Source: a bacterium (lineage in GTDB: Bacteria; Patescibacteriota; Saccharimonadia; UBA4664; JBBRNT01). From it: a stretch of DNA of 64,000 bases. Each line of letters begins with the position of its first letter. The stretch's first letter is position 1. This document shows positions 47,602-56,529 of the stretch, piece by piece. The notes under the pieces were generated by a model. That model saw only the letters and a program-made list of their open reading frames with translations, was not told where the DNA came from and ran no database searches. The stretch spans positions 4,242 through 68,241 of the forward strand of contig JAYUFZ010000008.1 of NCBI GenBank assembly GCA_043767845.1, written 5' to 3'. The position numbers and the translations under genes were made by a program.

Positions 47602-48636
47602 GTGTCCCAATCAACTACAGCTACGACAACTAAAATAGATTACAAGCAAGCAGCTCAATCCGCCCTCAAGCTCCTACGCCGTGATCGCGACCGCCAAATC
47701 CTAGCCAAGCGCTTCGGGTTTGGTCTCATTAAACGCCAAACTCTTGAAAAGATCGGGCGTGATTTCGGTATCACCCGTGAGCGTGTCCGCCAGATTGAAA
47801 AAGCTGCGCTAGCCAAGCTCAAAACCGGTGCTGCCAGCGAAATCACTAGCACGTCAACGGCTATTAAGTCGGTCGTTGCCGACCACGGCGGCATTGCGCC
47901 ACTAGAAGTCATCGCCACAGCCCTTGGCGCCACCAACCCGGGTGAACAAGCCTACATCGTCTTTCTAGCCGAATTGTCACCAGAAGTTGAAGTTATTGAA
48001 GAAAACGACTACTTACGACCCGGCCTCGGACTTTTGCCCAGTATTACCGAAAAAGCCACCCGCCGCTGGTCAGCAGCCCTAGCCGACATCGTCACCGAGA
48101 TTGGTAAGCCCACCACCCTGGCCAAAATCGCCGCCAAAACCGACATCCCCCTCGAACCGAAAGCACTCTCGAACCTGGCCAAAATGAGCAAAGCACTAGC
48201 AGAGCTCGATGGCAAATGGGGACTCATGAGTTGGCCAGAGGTCAATCCCAAGAGCATCCGCGACAAAACCTACCTAGTGCTACACAAACATGGCCGCCCA
48301 TTGCATTTCTCTGACATCGCCACCCACATCCACAAAACTGGCCTGAATAAGCGCCAGGTCACTGTCCAAGCAGTCCACAACGAACTCATCAAAGATGGTC
48401 GCTTCGTGCTTATTGGCCGCGGCATCTACGCCCTGGCCGACTGGGGATACACTCCCGGCACCGTAGCCGATATTATTGCTGACATCTTGCGTGATGAAGC
48501 CCCACTGCACAAAGACGAAATCGTCCGCCGGGTGCTCATCAAACGCCAGGTCAAGACCACTACCATTATATTAAATCTACAGGAGAAACAGCAGTTCGTT
48601 AGGGTCGCCAAAGCCACTTATACACTGGCCGTCTAA
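47602..48636 (+). CDS. DNA-binding protein with N-terminal sigma-70 region-4-type HTH (no region 2) and ~270-aa C-terminal extension
   Basis: LAKRFGFGLIKRQTLEKIGRDFGITRERVRQIEKAALAKL is a region-4 / LuxR-type HTH. The stop overlaps the start of the next gene (TAATG). Confidence 0.55.
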   Translation: MSQSTTATTTKIDYKQAAQSALKLLRRDRDRQILAKRFGFGLIKRQTLEKIGRDFGITRERVRQIEKAALAKLKTGAASEITSTSTAIKSVVADHGGIAPLEVIATALGATNPGEQAYIVFLAELSPEVEVIEENDYLRPGLGLLPSITEKATRRWSAALADIVTEIGKPTTLAKIAAKTDIPLEPKALSNLAKMSKALAELDGKWGLMSWPEVNPKSIRDKTYLVLHKHGRPLHFSDIATHIHKTGLNKRQVTVQAVHNELIKDGRFVLIGRGIYALADWGYTPGTVADIIADILRDEAPLHKDEIVRRVLIKRQVKTTTIILNLQEKQQFVRVAKATYTLAV

Positions 48637-51611
48637 TGGATCTGGTTCTCTCTCTTCTTTCTAGCATTATCCAACTGATCGGTCTCATCCTCTTCAAATT
48701 CTACGGATGGGTCGTTGTGGTTGCTGTACTTGGTTATTTAATCTGGCAAAATCGCCGTCGGGAGGTTTGGGTGAACGGTAGCGAATACACACTCTTAAAA
48801 ATAGGCGTGCCTCGTGAGAACGAGAAGAAGGAATTATCGGCCGAGCAAATGTTCGCCAGTTTGCACGGCATTTTGCGTTCGGCCGAAGAGTTAGCCAAGG
48901 ATGGCGCTCTCCAAGATCATCTTAGTTTCGAGATCGCCTCGATCAAAAACCAGATTCAATTCTATGTCTGGACGCCAAAACACCTCAAAGACTTCGTGGT
49001 CGGCCAGATCTATGCCCAATACCCCAGTGTGCATATTGAAGAGGACGCAGTCGACTATACCACCCCCGAGCCGGGCCAAAACCACAGCCTGGGAACCGAA
49101 CTCAAACTCGTCAAGAATGAAGTATTGCCAATAAAAGTTTTTGCCTCTTTCGAAGTCGACCCGCTGGCCGGCATTACTGCCGTGATGGCCAAGCTCGACC
49201 AGCAAAGTGAAGAAATGTGGGTTCAAATCCTGGCCCGCCCAACCGACGACGCTTGGCGTGACCGGGGGCTCAAATACATCGACGAGCTCAAGAGTGGCAA
49301 GAAGACAAGTATTATGGATCAGCTTATCAAGATGCTCATCGACCTGCCAATGCACGTATTAAGCAACCTGTTCAGCGGACTGGCTACGCCACCCGAAGCC
49401 AAGAAGGAAGAGAAAAAAGAAGAAAAGAAAGAATTATCCATCGGCCAGGCGTCGCTAGCCAAGGGCGCTGAAGAGAAAATCAATAAGCTTGGCTTTGAGA
49501 TCAAGATCCGCATAGCCTACATGGGGCCAGACGAAACCCTCGCCAAACAACGTATCCAGGCTATCGTAGGCGGCTTCAAACAATTCAACACCAATAACCT
49601 CAATGGCTTTACCTCAAGCGGTATGAACACTACCCAGAGCTTCATCGACGACTACCGAGCCCGGCTCTTTCTCGATGACGGCTATGTCTTAAACATTGAG
49701 GAATTAGCTGGCCTCTACCATTTGCCGCACAAAAGCGTCGAAACGCCAAACCTGGCCTGGGCAACGAGCAAAAATGCCGAGCCTCCATTTACATTGCCAG
49801 GCGAGGGGAGTGTGCCAGACGCCGAGCTGAGCTTGATAGGCCTCACCAACTTCCGTGGCCACCAGATCAAATTCGGTATTAAGCGAGCGGATCGTGGTCG
49901 CCATCTCTACATTATCGGCCAGACCGGAACCGGTAAGTCTTTCTTACTGCAATTGTTGATGCTTTCTGACCTGTACCACAATGTTGGTATGGCCGTCGTC
50001 GATCCCCACGGTGATCTCGCAACCGATATCATGCGATATATCCCTGAGCATCGGCTTAAGGATGTCGTCTATTTCAACCCGGCCGATCGCGATTTCCCGA
50101 TCGCCTTCAACCCGATGGAAGTCACTGACCCAAACTTCAAGAATATGATCTCCTCAGAGCTTGTCGGCGTGCTCAAGCGGCTCTTTGAGTCCTGGGGCCC
50201 TAGGTTGGAGTACATCCTGCGGTTCACCATACTAGCGCTACTTGATTATCCAAATGCCACGATGCTCGGCATTACCCGGATGTTGACCGAGAAGAATTTC
50301 CGCAACCGAGTTATCAAGCAGATCAAAGACCCGATCGTCAAAAACTTCTGGGTTACTGAGTTTGCTTCATGGAACGATAAGTTTGCCTCCGAAGCTGTTG
50401 CCCCGGTACTCAATAAAGTCGGCGCTTTCACCGCCAATCCACTCGTCCGCAACATCATTGGCCAGCCGAAGAGTGGCGTGAACCTACGTAAAATTATGGA
50501 CGAGGGCAAGATCCTAGTAGTCAACTTATCAACTGGTCTCGTGGGCGAAGACAATGCCGGCATCCTCGGAGCCCTGATGGTCACCAAGATCCAGCTGGCT
50601 GCTATGAGCCGGGCCGATATCGTTGATAAGAATATGCGCCGCCCATTCTACCTTTATGTTGATGAGTTCCAGAACTTTGCCACCGACTCATTTGCGGTCA
50701 TCCTGTCGGAGGCTCGTAAGTATGGGCTCAATCTAACAGTCGCCAACCAATATGTCTCACAGATGCCTGAAACAGTCCGCGATGCGGTCTTTGGTAACGT
50801 CGGTTCAATGATCAGCATGCGCGTTGGTGCCGCCGATGGCACAATCTTGGGCAAATACTTTGAGCCAACCTTTTTGGCCAACGACCTCATAACCCTCAAC
50901 AATCAAAATTGTCTGATAAGCATGAGTATCGACGGTGAGAAAACCACGCCGTTTAGTGCTGTAACTTTGCGCATGCCAACGCCGAGTGCCGACCATACCG
51001 ACCAGATTATCGCCCTTACTCGTGAGAAATTTGCTTCCAGCCGGGCAGAGGTTGAGGACAAAATTGCCAAATGGACCGAGGGTGCCGATGACCAAGCCGA
51101 GAGTGGCGAGCCAGCCGACGGTGCAGCAGCCGATCCAACAGATAAGCCCAATCTGTTGATAACTGAGCAAAAACCGAACAATCCATTTCTGGCTGGGCTC
51201 AAGAACCCCGAAGCTGGCAGTATCCCAGCCCCAACCATAAGTGAGAACAGGGGAGGCCAGGGGAGTAATCGGCCGGTTTCTAAGAATGTGAATGATGTCT
51301 ATCGGCCGGCCGAGCATCGACGTGAGAACACTCCTTCGAACGCGCCAGCCCCGGCCACAAGCTATGTCGAAGACCGCAGTCAAGCAGCAGCGGCAGTTCC
51401 AACGCAAGCGGCCCCGCAATACATCGAGCAAGTGCCAACCCAGCAGCCCACAAGCACCCCATTCCTGCATAACGCCGACGAGTTAGCCCTTATAGAAGCC
51501 ACCCGGCGGGCTATCGCCAACTTGCCGACGCTAGAAAGCCCTCTCAACGCCCCTCAGCAGCCTGTGGCCGCTGGCAACATTCATGACGGGCAATCAACCA
51601 ACTTGCGTTAG
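48636..51611 (+). CDS. Membrane-anchored FtsK/HerA-superfamily P-loop ATPase (VirD4/TraG coupling-protein-like or HerA-like), 991 aa, with Lys/Glu-rich insert and Pro/Gln-rich C-terminal tail
   Basis: N-terminal TM. Walker A LYIIGQTGTGKSF followed by VVDPHGDL. Walker B FYLYVDEFQNF. The SEARKYGLNLTVANQ Arg/Gln motifs are typical of TraD/VirD4/HerA. Confidence 0.6.
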   Translation: MDLVLSLLSSIIQLIGLILFKFYGWVVVVAVLGYLIWQNRRREVWVNGSEYTLLKIGVPRENEKKELSAEQMFASLHGILRSAEELAKDGALQDHLSFEIASIKNQIQFYVWTPKHLKDFVVGQIYAQYPSVHIEEDAVDYTTPEPGQNHSLGTELKLVKNEVLPIKVFASFEVDPLAGITAVMAKLDQQSEEMWVQILARPTDDAWRDRGLKYIDELKSGKKTSIMDQLIKMLIDLPMHVLSNLFSGLATPPEAKKEEKKEEKKELSIGQASLAKGAEEKINKLGFEIKIRIAYMGPDETLAKQRIQAIVGGFKQFNTNNLNGFTSSGMNTTQSFIDDYRARLFLDDGYVLNIEELAGLYHLPHKSVETPNLAWATSKNAEPPFTLPGEGSVPDAELSLIGLTNFRGHQIKFGIKRADRGRHLYIIGQTGTGKSFLLQLLMLSDLYHNVGMAVVDPHGDLATDIMRYIPEHRLKDVVYFNPADRDFPIAFNPMEVTDPNFKNMISSELVGVLKRLFESWGPRLEYILRFTILALLDYPNATMLGITRMLTEKNFRNRVIKQIKDPIVKNFWVTEFASWNDKFASEAVAPVLNKVGAFTANPLVRNIIGQPKSGVNLRKIMDEGKILVVNLSTGLVGEDNAGILGALMVTKIQLAAMSRADIVDKNMRRPFYLYVDEFQNFATDSFAVILSEARKYGLNLTVANQYVSQMPETVRDAVFGNVGSMISMRVGAADGTILGKYFEPTFLANDLITLNNQNCLISMSIDGEKTTPFSAVTLRMPTPSADHTDQIIALTREKFASSRAEVEDKIAKWTEGADDQAESGEPADGAAADPTDKPNLLITEQKPNNPFLAGLKNPEAGSIPAPTISENRGGQGSNRPVSKNVNDVYRPAEHRRENTPSNAPAPATSYVEDRSQAAAAVPTQAAPQYIEQVPTQQPTSTPFLHNADELALIEATRRAIANLPTLESPLNAPQQPVAAGNIHDGQSTNLR

Positions 51612-51639
51612 AATGGCCCTTAAAACGGCTGCAAGTGTC

Positions 51640-51677
51640 AAAATACCCCCCAAGCAATGCAAGGCGGGTATTTTGTA
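51640..51677 (+). terminator. Intrinsic terminator
   Basis: AAAATACCC-…-GGGTATTTTGTAT. Confidence 0.55.
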
Positions 51678-51857
51678 TCTGTCCTACAGATGGGATCATG
51701 CCAACACTTTTATCCAGCGTGGAGATTGATAACACCTGCACACTCAACCGTCAAAGACTAGTTCGGTTTTTGTTTGCTAGGCAGAAAGCGTTTGGTGCAT
51801 TTACAAACGATGCAATATGACGTCTAGAGCCAGGGGACAACGTGGGATACAGCAAGG

Positions 51858-51930
51858 ATAACAAAACACCGGAGACTACATAGAAATTACTCAAGAGTGG
51901 GGCAATTGCACTTCTCCGGTGTTTTGTTAT
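51858..51930. repeat. Perfect 17-bp inverted repeat with 39-nt spacer
   Basis: ATAACAAAACACCGGAG…CTCCGGTGTTTTGTTAT. No T-run on either side. Confidence 0.7.
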
Positions 51931-52275
51931 TAGTGTCGCACAATGTATATTTTGCGTCTTAGTAAATAGATAAGCAAAGACGACTAGTAGTGCCTCTCAT
52001 GGCCATGTCGCATGCTGTATTATACCTGTTGCAAGCCATTATTCGTGCATTTTAGAAAACACTATAAGTATTTGTTAAGTCGCTAAAACACCATTTAAGC
52101 GACTAAATTGACGCTGGAGCCAGGCCCGTCAAAATATCGCTTTTCATTTGAGAATTCTGATATTTGGAATGAGTATTATTTACCACGGCCATAATGATTT
52201 TGCGATATGCCATGACTCTAAGAACAAATACCGAACAGTAGGGAGGAGTACCCGAACGCCGATTTGGGCTGGCAT

Positions 52276-53097
52276 TTACTTGTAGTAGGCTTTGCCGGCA
52301 ATACGGAGGTCGATGTACTCACTTGGCGGGGGCTTCTTAAGTCTGGCCAGCTCGGCCAGCACCCGGTTGAGGCTGGCTAAAGCATCCTGGACGCTACGCG
52401 TCGTATCAAATTTTACAACATAGCCTTTTGATGTTGTAACATAAACTTCTGTCGTAGTGTCTGGGATGCGCATGCCGGTAATTCCCAGGCCGGTTTGGCC
52501 AACCATGGCCTGCACTAGGCCTGTACAAAATTCCACGAACCTCGCCCCCACTACCCGCTCCCCAACCTTCACTGGTAGGTTTGTCCCATCGAGAACCACG
52601 GGGAGCTTACTCCCCTCCCCTGCTACCTCGGCTATGACGGTGCCATCAATATCCAGCTGGTAACTTTTGTTTGCCGATTTCCAGATCAGGCTCGGTATCC
52701 GTTCGGTCACCCGCAGCTCGAGGCCATTAGGCCACAACCGCCCGACCTCAACAGATTTGATCAGTAGCAAATGTTCCTGCAACTGTTTGGCTAACTGATC
52801 GGTATCTACAGTCGTGATATTGCCCGACCAGAGGCTTTTTTGCAATTCACTGCGAGTGGCGCTCTCGAGCTGGGCAGTTTCGATGCTTTTATTGCCTTTA
52901 ATAACAATTCGCCGAATACTGAACAGCTGTGACCAGCCGATACAGACCAGGAGGGTCACAAAAGCCGCCAAACTCCAGCGTAGATTAAGCCTTGGTAATC
53001 TATGACTCCGGCGGTTGCTCGGCCTGTTCTGGCGGCCGTACATCGACGTCGAGGCTGGCCGACGCATATTTACTACCTTGCGCCGACTCTCACTCAT
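52276..53097 (-). CDS. ftsQ: Cell-division protein FtsQ/DivIB-like (TM plus POTRA)
   Basis: TM segment LAAFVTLLVCIGW followed by RIVIKGNKSIETAQLE, a POTRA-like block. The ORF-track start at 53214 would overlap murG by 125 nt, so the internal ATG at 53097 was chosen. Confidence 0.5.
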   Translation of the reverse strand: MSESRRKVVNMRRPASTSMYGRQNRPSNRRSHRLPRLNLRWSLAAFVTLLVCIGWSQLFSIRRIVIKGNKSIETAQLESATRSELQKSLWSGNITTVDTDQLAKQLQEHLLLIKSVEVGRLWPNGLELRVTERIPSLIWKSANKSYQLDIDGTVIAEVAGEGSKLPVVLDGTNLPVKVGERVVGARFVEFCTGLVQAMVGQTGLGITGMRIPDTTTEVYVTTSKGYVVKFDTTRSVQDALASLNRVLAELARLKKPPPSEYIDLRIAGKAYYK

Positions 53098-54310
53098 GGT
53101 GGTCACCGCTACGCTCCCCACTGCCCTCCTCATCCACTGCTTTCGGCTGCTTATCGGCGCGGGCATTGTCGACCAATAGCTGCGCCAGGTCGCGAGCAGC
53201 ATTAGGACGAGCAAAGTTCGCTATATGTTCGGCTAGTCGCTCCATCTCAGCGCTGTCCCCACTAATCTTGCGCAATTCAGCAGTCAAAGACCGGGGTGAG
53301 AGCTTGTCTTCACCGAGGACACGTACTGCCCCGGCCCGGCCAAGCATTCGGGCATTCTCGGTCTGATGGCCACCGGTCAGGCGATGGTTTGGCACCAGGA
53401 TTGTCGGCTTTGCCAGAGAGGCCAGCTCGGCTATGGTATTGGCCCCGGCCCTGGCCACGACAATGTCAGCCGCGGCTAGAGCCAGCCCCATGTCGTTGGT
53501 CAAGAAGGAAAAAGCTTGGTAGCGCTTCGGATATTTTAGCTTGAGCCGGCTTACTTCGAAGCGTACTTGCTCAATTTCTTTTTCTCCAGTGTGGTGGATT
53601 ACTTGAAAATACTGCGTGAGCTCCGGCAAGGCTCCAACAACGGCCTGGTTAATAGCATGCGCGCCTTGGCTACCACCGGTGACGAAAATAATTGGCAGAT
53701 CGGCCTGGAGACCGAAATGTGCTAGCCCCTCCAGGCGATGGACGGTCAACAGTTCGCTACGCACCGGATTGCCGACATACTCAAGTTTACTTGCCGGAAA
53801 AACCGGGCCATACTTATCAATTGGAAACCCAGTAGCTATCTTGGTCGCCCGCTTGGCCAGTATTCGGTTGGCAAGCCCCGGCAGGGTGTCCGATTCGTGG
53901 ATAACGTATGGTATGCGCATAACCCCAGCGGCAATTCCCAGAGGCAAACCGACATATCCACCCTTGAGAAAAATGATGTTTGGCTTAAAGCGGCGCAATA
54001 TACCAAAAGCCTGGAAAATACCGCGCGCAACCCGAAATAGATCGCGGATGTTTAGAAACAACGTCTCGAGGTCGAAGATATTGGCCAGCAAATGCCGGTT
54101 GTGATAGCGGCGTATTTTGCCGGATGTGACTGTGTCAAAACGAAAACCAGCCGCCTGGGCGATCTTTTGTTCCATACTGCCCTTGCCACCGACATAGAGA
54201 ATGTCGGCCGACTTATCGAGCCGCTTTAACTGTTCGACTGTAGCGAGGATCGGCGAGATATGACCCGCTGTCCCCCCGCCGGAGACGAGAATTCGCATCT
54301 TTGGCCTCAT
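53090..54310 (-). CDS. murG: UDP-GlcNAc:undecaprenyl-PP-MurNAc-pentapeptide GlcNAc transferase
   Basis: ILVSGGGTAGHISP…GGSQGA. Has a C-terminal acidic extension. Confidence 0.85.
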   Translation of the reverse strand: MRPKMRILVSGGGTAGHISPILATVEQLKRLDKSADILYVGGKGSMEQKIAQAAGFRFDTVTSGKIRRYHNRHLLANIFDLETLFLNIRDLFRVARGIFQAFGILRRFKPNIIFLKGGYVGLPLGIAAGVMRIPYVIHESDTLPGLANRILAKRATKIATGFPIDKYGPVFPASKLEYVGNPVRSELLTVHRLEGLAHFGLQADLPIIFVTGGSQGAHAINQAVVGALPELTQYFQVIHHTGEKEIEQVRFEVSRLKLKYPKRYQAFSFLTNDMGLALAAADIVVARAGANTIAELASLAKPTILVPNHRLTGGHQTENARMLGRAGAVRVLGEDKLSPRSLTAELRKISGDSAEMERLAEHIANFARPNAARDLAQLLVDNARADKQPKAVDEEGSGERSGDHHE

Positions 54311-55442
54311 AGGTTGTGTATTTTGATATGTTCACCAGAATGCCAATAGCAAACATGCTCATGACCAGGCTCGAGCCACCGTAACTAATGTACGGCAGCG
54401 GGATGCCTGTCAACGGAATCAGCGATAGCATTGCGCCTATGTTTATTATAGCCTGGAACATCAACCATATGCCAATTCCAGTGGCCACCAGCCGCCCGAA
54501 TGTGTCCGGCGCCTTGCGGGCAATGCGAAAAGCCCGCCAGACCAATAGCCCGAACAGGATAATCAGCATCACCGAGCCGATCATGCCAAACTCTTCAGCA
54601 ATTATGGCGAATATTGAGTCGTTCGGCGCCTCTGGCAGGTAGCCATAGACTTGCACGCTGCGGCCCAGACCAACGCCAAAAAGTCCACCACTACCCACAG
54701 CTATCAGTGCCTGCTGAATGTGATAGCCGGTGTCCGAACTGTCTCGGCTAGGGTCAAGAAAGGTCAAAAGCCGCTCCATGCGATGCGGAAAAAGAATAAT
54801 CGCAAGCCATCCCGCTGCCAATCCCGAGCCGATCATGCCCAGAAAATGGCGTGGTCGGACGCCGGCTACCCACAGCATGCCGAGCGCTAGGCCGGCTAGT
54901 ACTAGCATTGTTCCCATGTCACGCTGGAAAACGACGATCACCAGGCTTATCAAAGCCATCATTACCCCAAACGGGATTATCGCCTCCGACAGCGAGCTAA
55001 TATCCTTGCCTTTTTTCTCGAACCAATTGGCCAAATACAATACCAGCGCCAGTTTCATGAGTTCGGCTGGCTGGAATGACACCGGGCCGAGCTTCAGCCA
55101 ACGGGTGGCGCCGTTTTTAGCAAAACTCAGACCTGGCACCATGATCACCAGCAGCGCGAAGATAGCCACCAGCATGATACGCGGCGCCCACTTACGCCAG
55201 GTAGTGTAGCGAATCTGGCTGGCCACAATCCAGCAGACCAGACCTATGCCAACATTTACCAGGTGATTGTAAAAGTAAAAATTCCGACTGGCACTACCGA
55301 CCAGTTTTTGGCTCTGGATCGGGCTAATCGAGTACATCACGATCAACCCGATGGCTACGAGCACAAAAGTTAGCAAGATCAAGCCGTAATCGGCGGCATG
55401 CGAACGCCGGACTACCTCACCCGCCCCGGTAGTACCCGCCAC
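54213..55442 (-). CDS. ftsW: SEDS-family peptidoglycan glycosyltransferase FtsW/RodA
   Basis: Ten TM helices and the PLPYISYGGSS SEDS motif. GTG start. The Arg-rich C-terminal tail overlaps the murG start. Confidence 0.8.
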   Translation of the reverse strand: MAGTTGAGEVVRRSHAADYGLILLTFVLVAIGLIVMYSISPIQSQKLVGSASRNFYFYNHLVNVGIGLVCWIVASQIRYTTWRKWAPRIMLVAIFALLVIMVPGLSFAKNGATRWLKLGPVSFQPAELMKLALVLYLANWFEKKGKDISSLSEAIIPFGVMMALISLVIVVFQRDMGTMLVLAGLALGMLWVAGVRPRHFLGMIGSGLAAGWLAIILFPHRMERLLTFLDPSRDSSDTGYHIQQALIAVGSGGLFGVGLGRSVQVYGYLPEAPNDSIFAIIAEEFGMIGSVMLIILFGLLVWRAFRIARKAPDTFGRLVATGIGIWLMFQAIINIGAMLSLIPLTGIPLPYISYGGSSLVMSMFAIGILVNISKYTTYEAKDANSRLRRGDSGSYLADPRYSRTVKAAR

Positions 55443-56477
55443 CTAGCGTTTATTCCCAATGAGCGCCAGTATCAGTCCTATCGTGCCAACGATTTGGCCA
55501 ACAACCCACAGCCGCATAGTTACCTTGGTTTCTGGCCACCCTAGCGCCTCAAGATGATGATGCAGCGGCGCTGAAATGAAGATTTTACGCTTAAAGACTT
55601 TCTTGGAGAAAATCTGCAATACGCTTGAAGCAGCTTCCACCACAAAGACTGCCGCAATAATCGGTAATACAAAAACAGTATTAGTAAGCATTGCCACCAC
55701 CCCAAGTGTTGTACCTAAGGCGAAAGAGCCGCTGTCGCCCATGAAGAACCGCGCTGGATAGATATTGAACCAGGTATAAGTCAGCATTGCTCCAACAACC
55801 GTGGCGCAGAAGCCGGCCAGCCCAAAGCTGCCCTGGAAATAGGCAATTACCGCGTAGGCTCCAAAGGCTATGGACAGCAAACCACCCGACAGCCCGTCGA
55901 GGCCATCTGTGATATTGACGGCGTTGGCTGTGGAAACCACCACGCTAATGAATAGTGGTACGTATAGCCAGCCAATATTAATATCGCCGTAAGCAGGTAT
56001 GTGGATGAGGCTGTAGCCGAGTTTGTAGTAGAAATAGAGCGCTCCAGCCAGGGCAATTCCAGAAATCAGCGAAAACTTGATCTTACCACGCATCCCAGCA
56101 ATCCCCAGCCCCTCGCTGCGGATATTGAGAAAGTCGTCAAACAGGCCTACGACACCAGCCGCCACCAGCACAAAAAGTGGCAAATAGGTCTGCGAGCGGC
56201 TCAGGTTGAAAATTACGGTCACCAGCGTAATGGCCAAAATCATGATCAAGCCACCCATCGTTGGAATGTTACGCTTGTGTTTCTCGGCGTGTAGCTTGGC
56301 GTAGACTGTGGCCTTCTCGCCAGTTATGGCATCGGTACGGGGACGTTTCCAGAGCTTGTATTTGAAAGCGAAGTGGGTGTAGATCGGGGTAATAGCCATG
56401 GCCACTAAAAAGCCAAGCGAAGCCTCAGCAAATATATGTGAGAGCGGGATGATGGTTGACTGGTGTAAGAGTGTCAT
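55443..56477 (-). CDS. mraY: Phospho-N-acetylmuramoyl-pentapeptide transferase
   Basis: NAVNITDGLDGL…FMGDSGS motifs. Confidence 0.9.
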   Translation of the reverse strand: MTLLHQSTIIPLSHIFAEASLGFLVAMAITPIYTHFAFKYKLWKRPRTDAITGEKATVYAKLHAEKHKRNIPTMGGLIMILAITLVTVIFNLSRSQTYLPLFVLVAAGVVGLFDDFLNIRSEGLGIAGMRGKIKFSLISGIALAGALYFYYKLGYSLIHIPAYGDINIGWLYVPLFISVVVSTANAVNITDGLDGLSGGLLSIAFGAYAVIAYFQGSFGLAGFCATVVGAMLTYTWFNIYPARFFMGDSGSFALGTTLGVVAMLTNTVFVLPIIAAVFVVEAASSVLQIFSKKVFKRKIFISAPLHHHLEALGWPETKVTMRLWVVGQIVGTIGLILALIGNKR

Positions 56478-56529
56478 GGGGTTTACTTCTTTGGGTTATT
56501 GTAGCATATCTGGGTTCGCTGAGGCGCTG

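Noticed and set aside
50805-51470. 221-aa minus-strand ORF inside the ATPase gene
   Set aside because: It is antisense to the well-supported Walker A/B-containing ORF and has no motifs.
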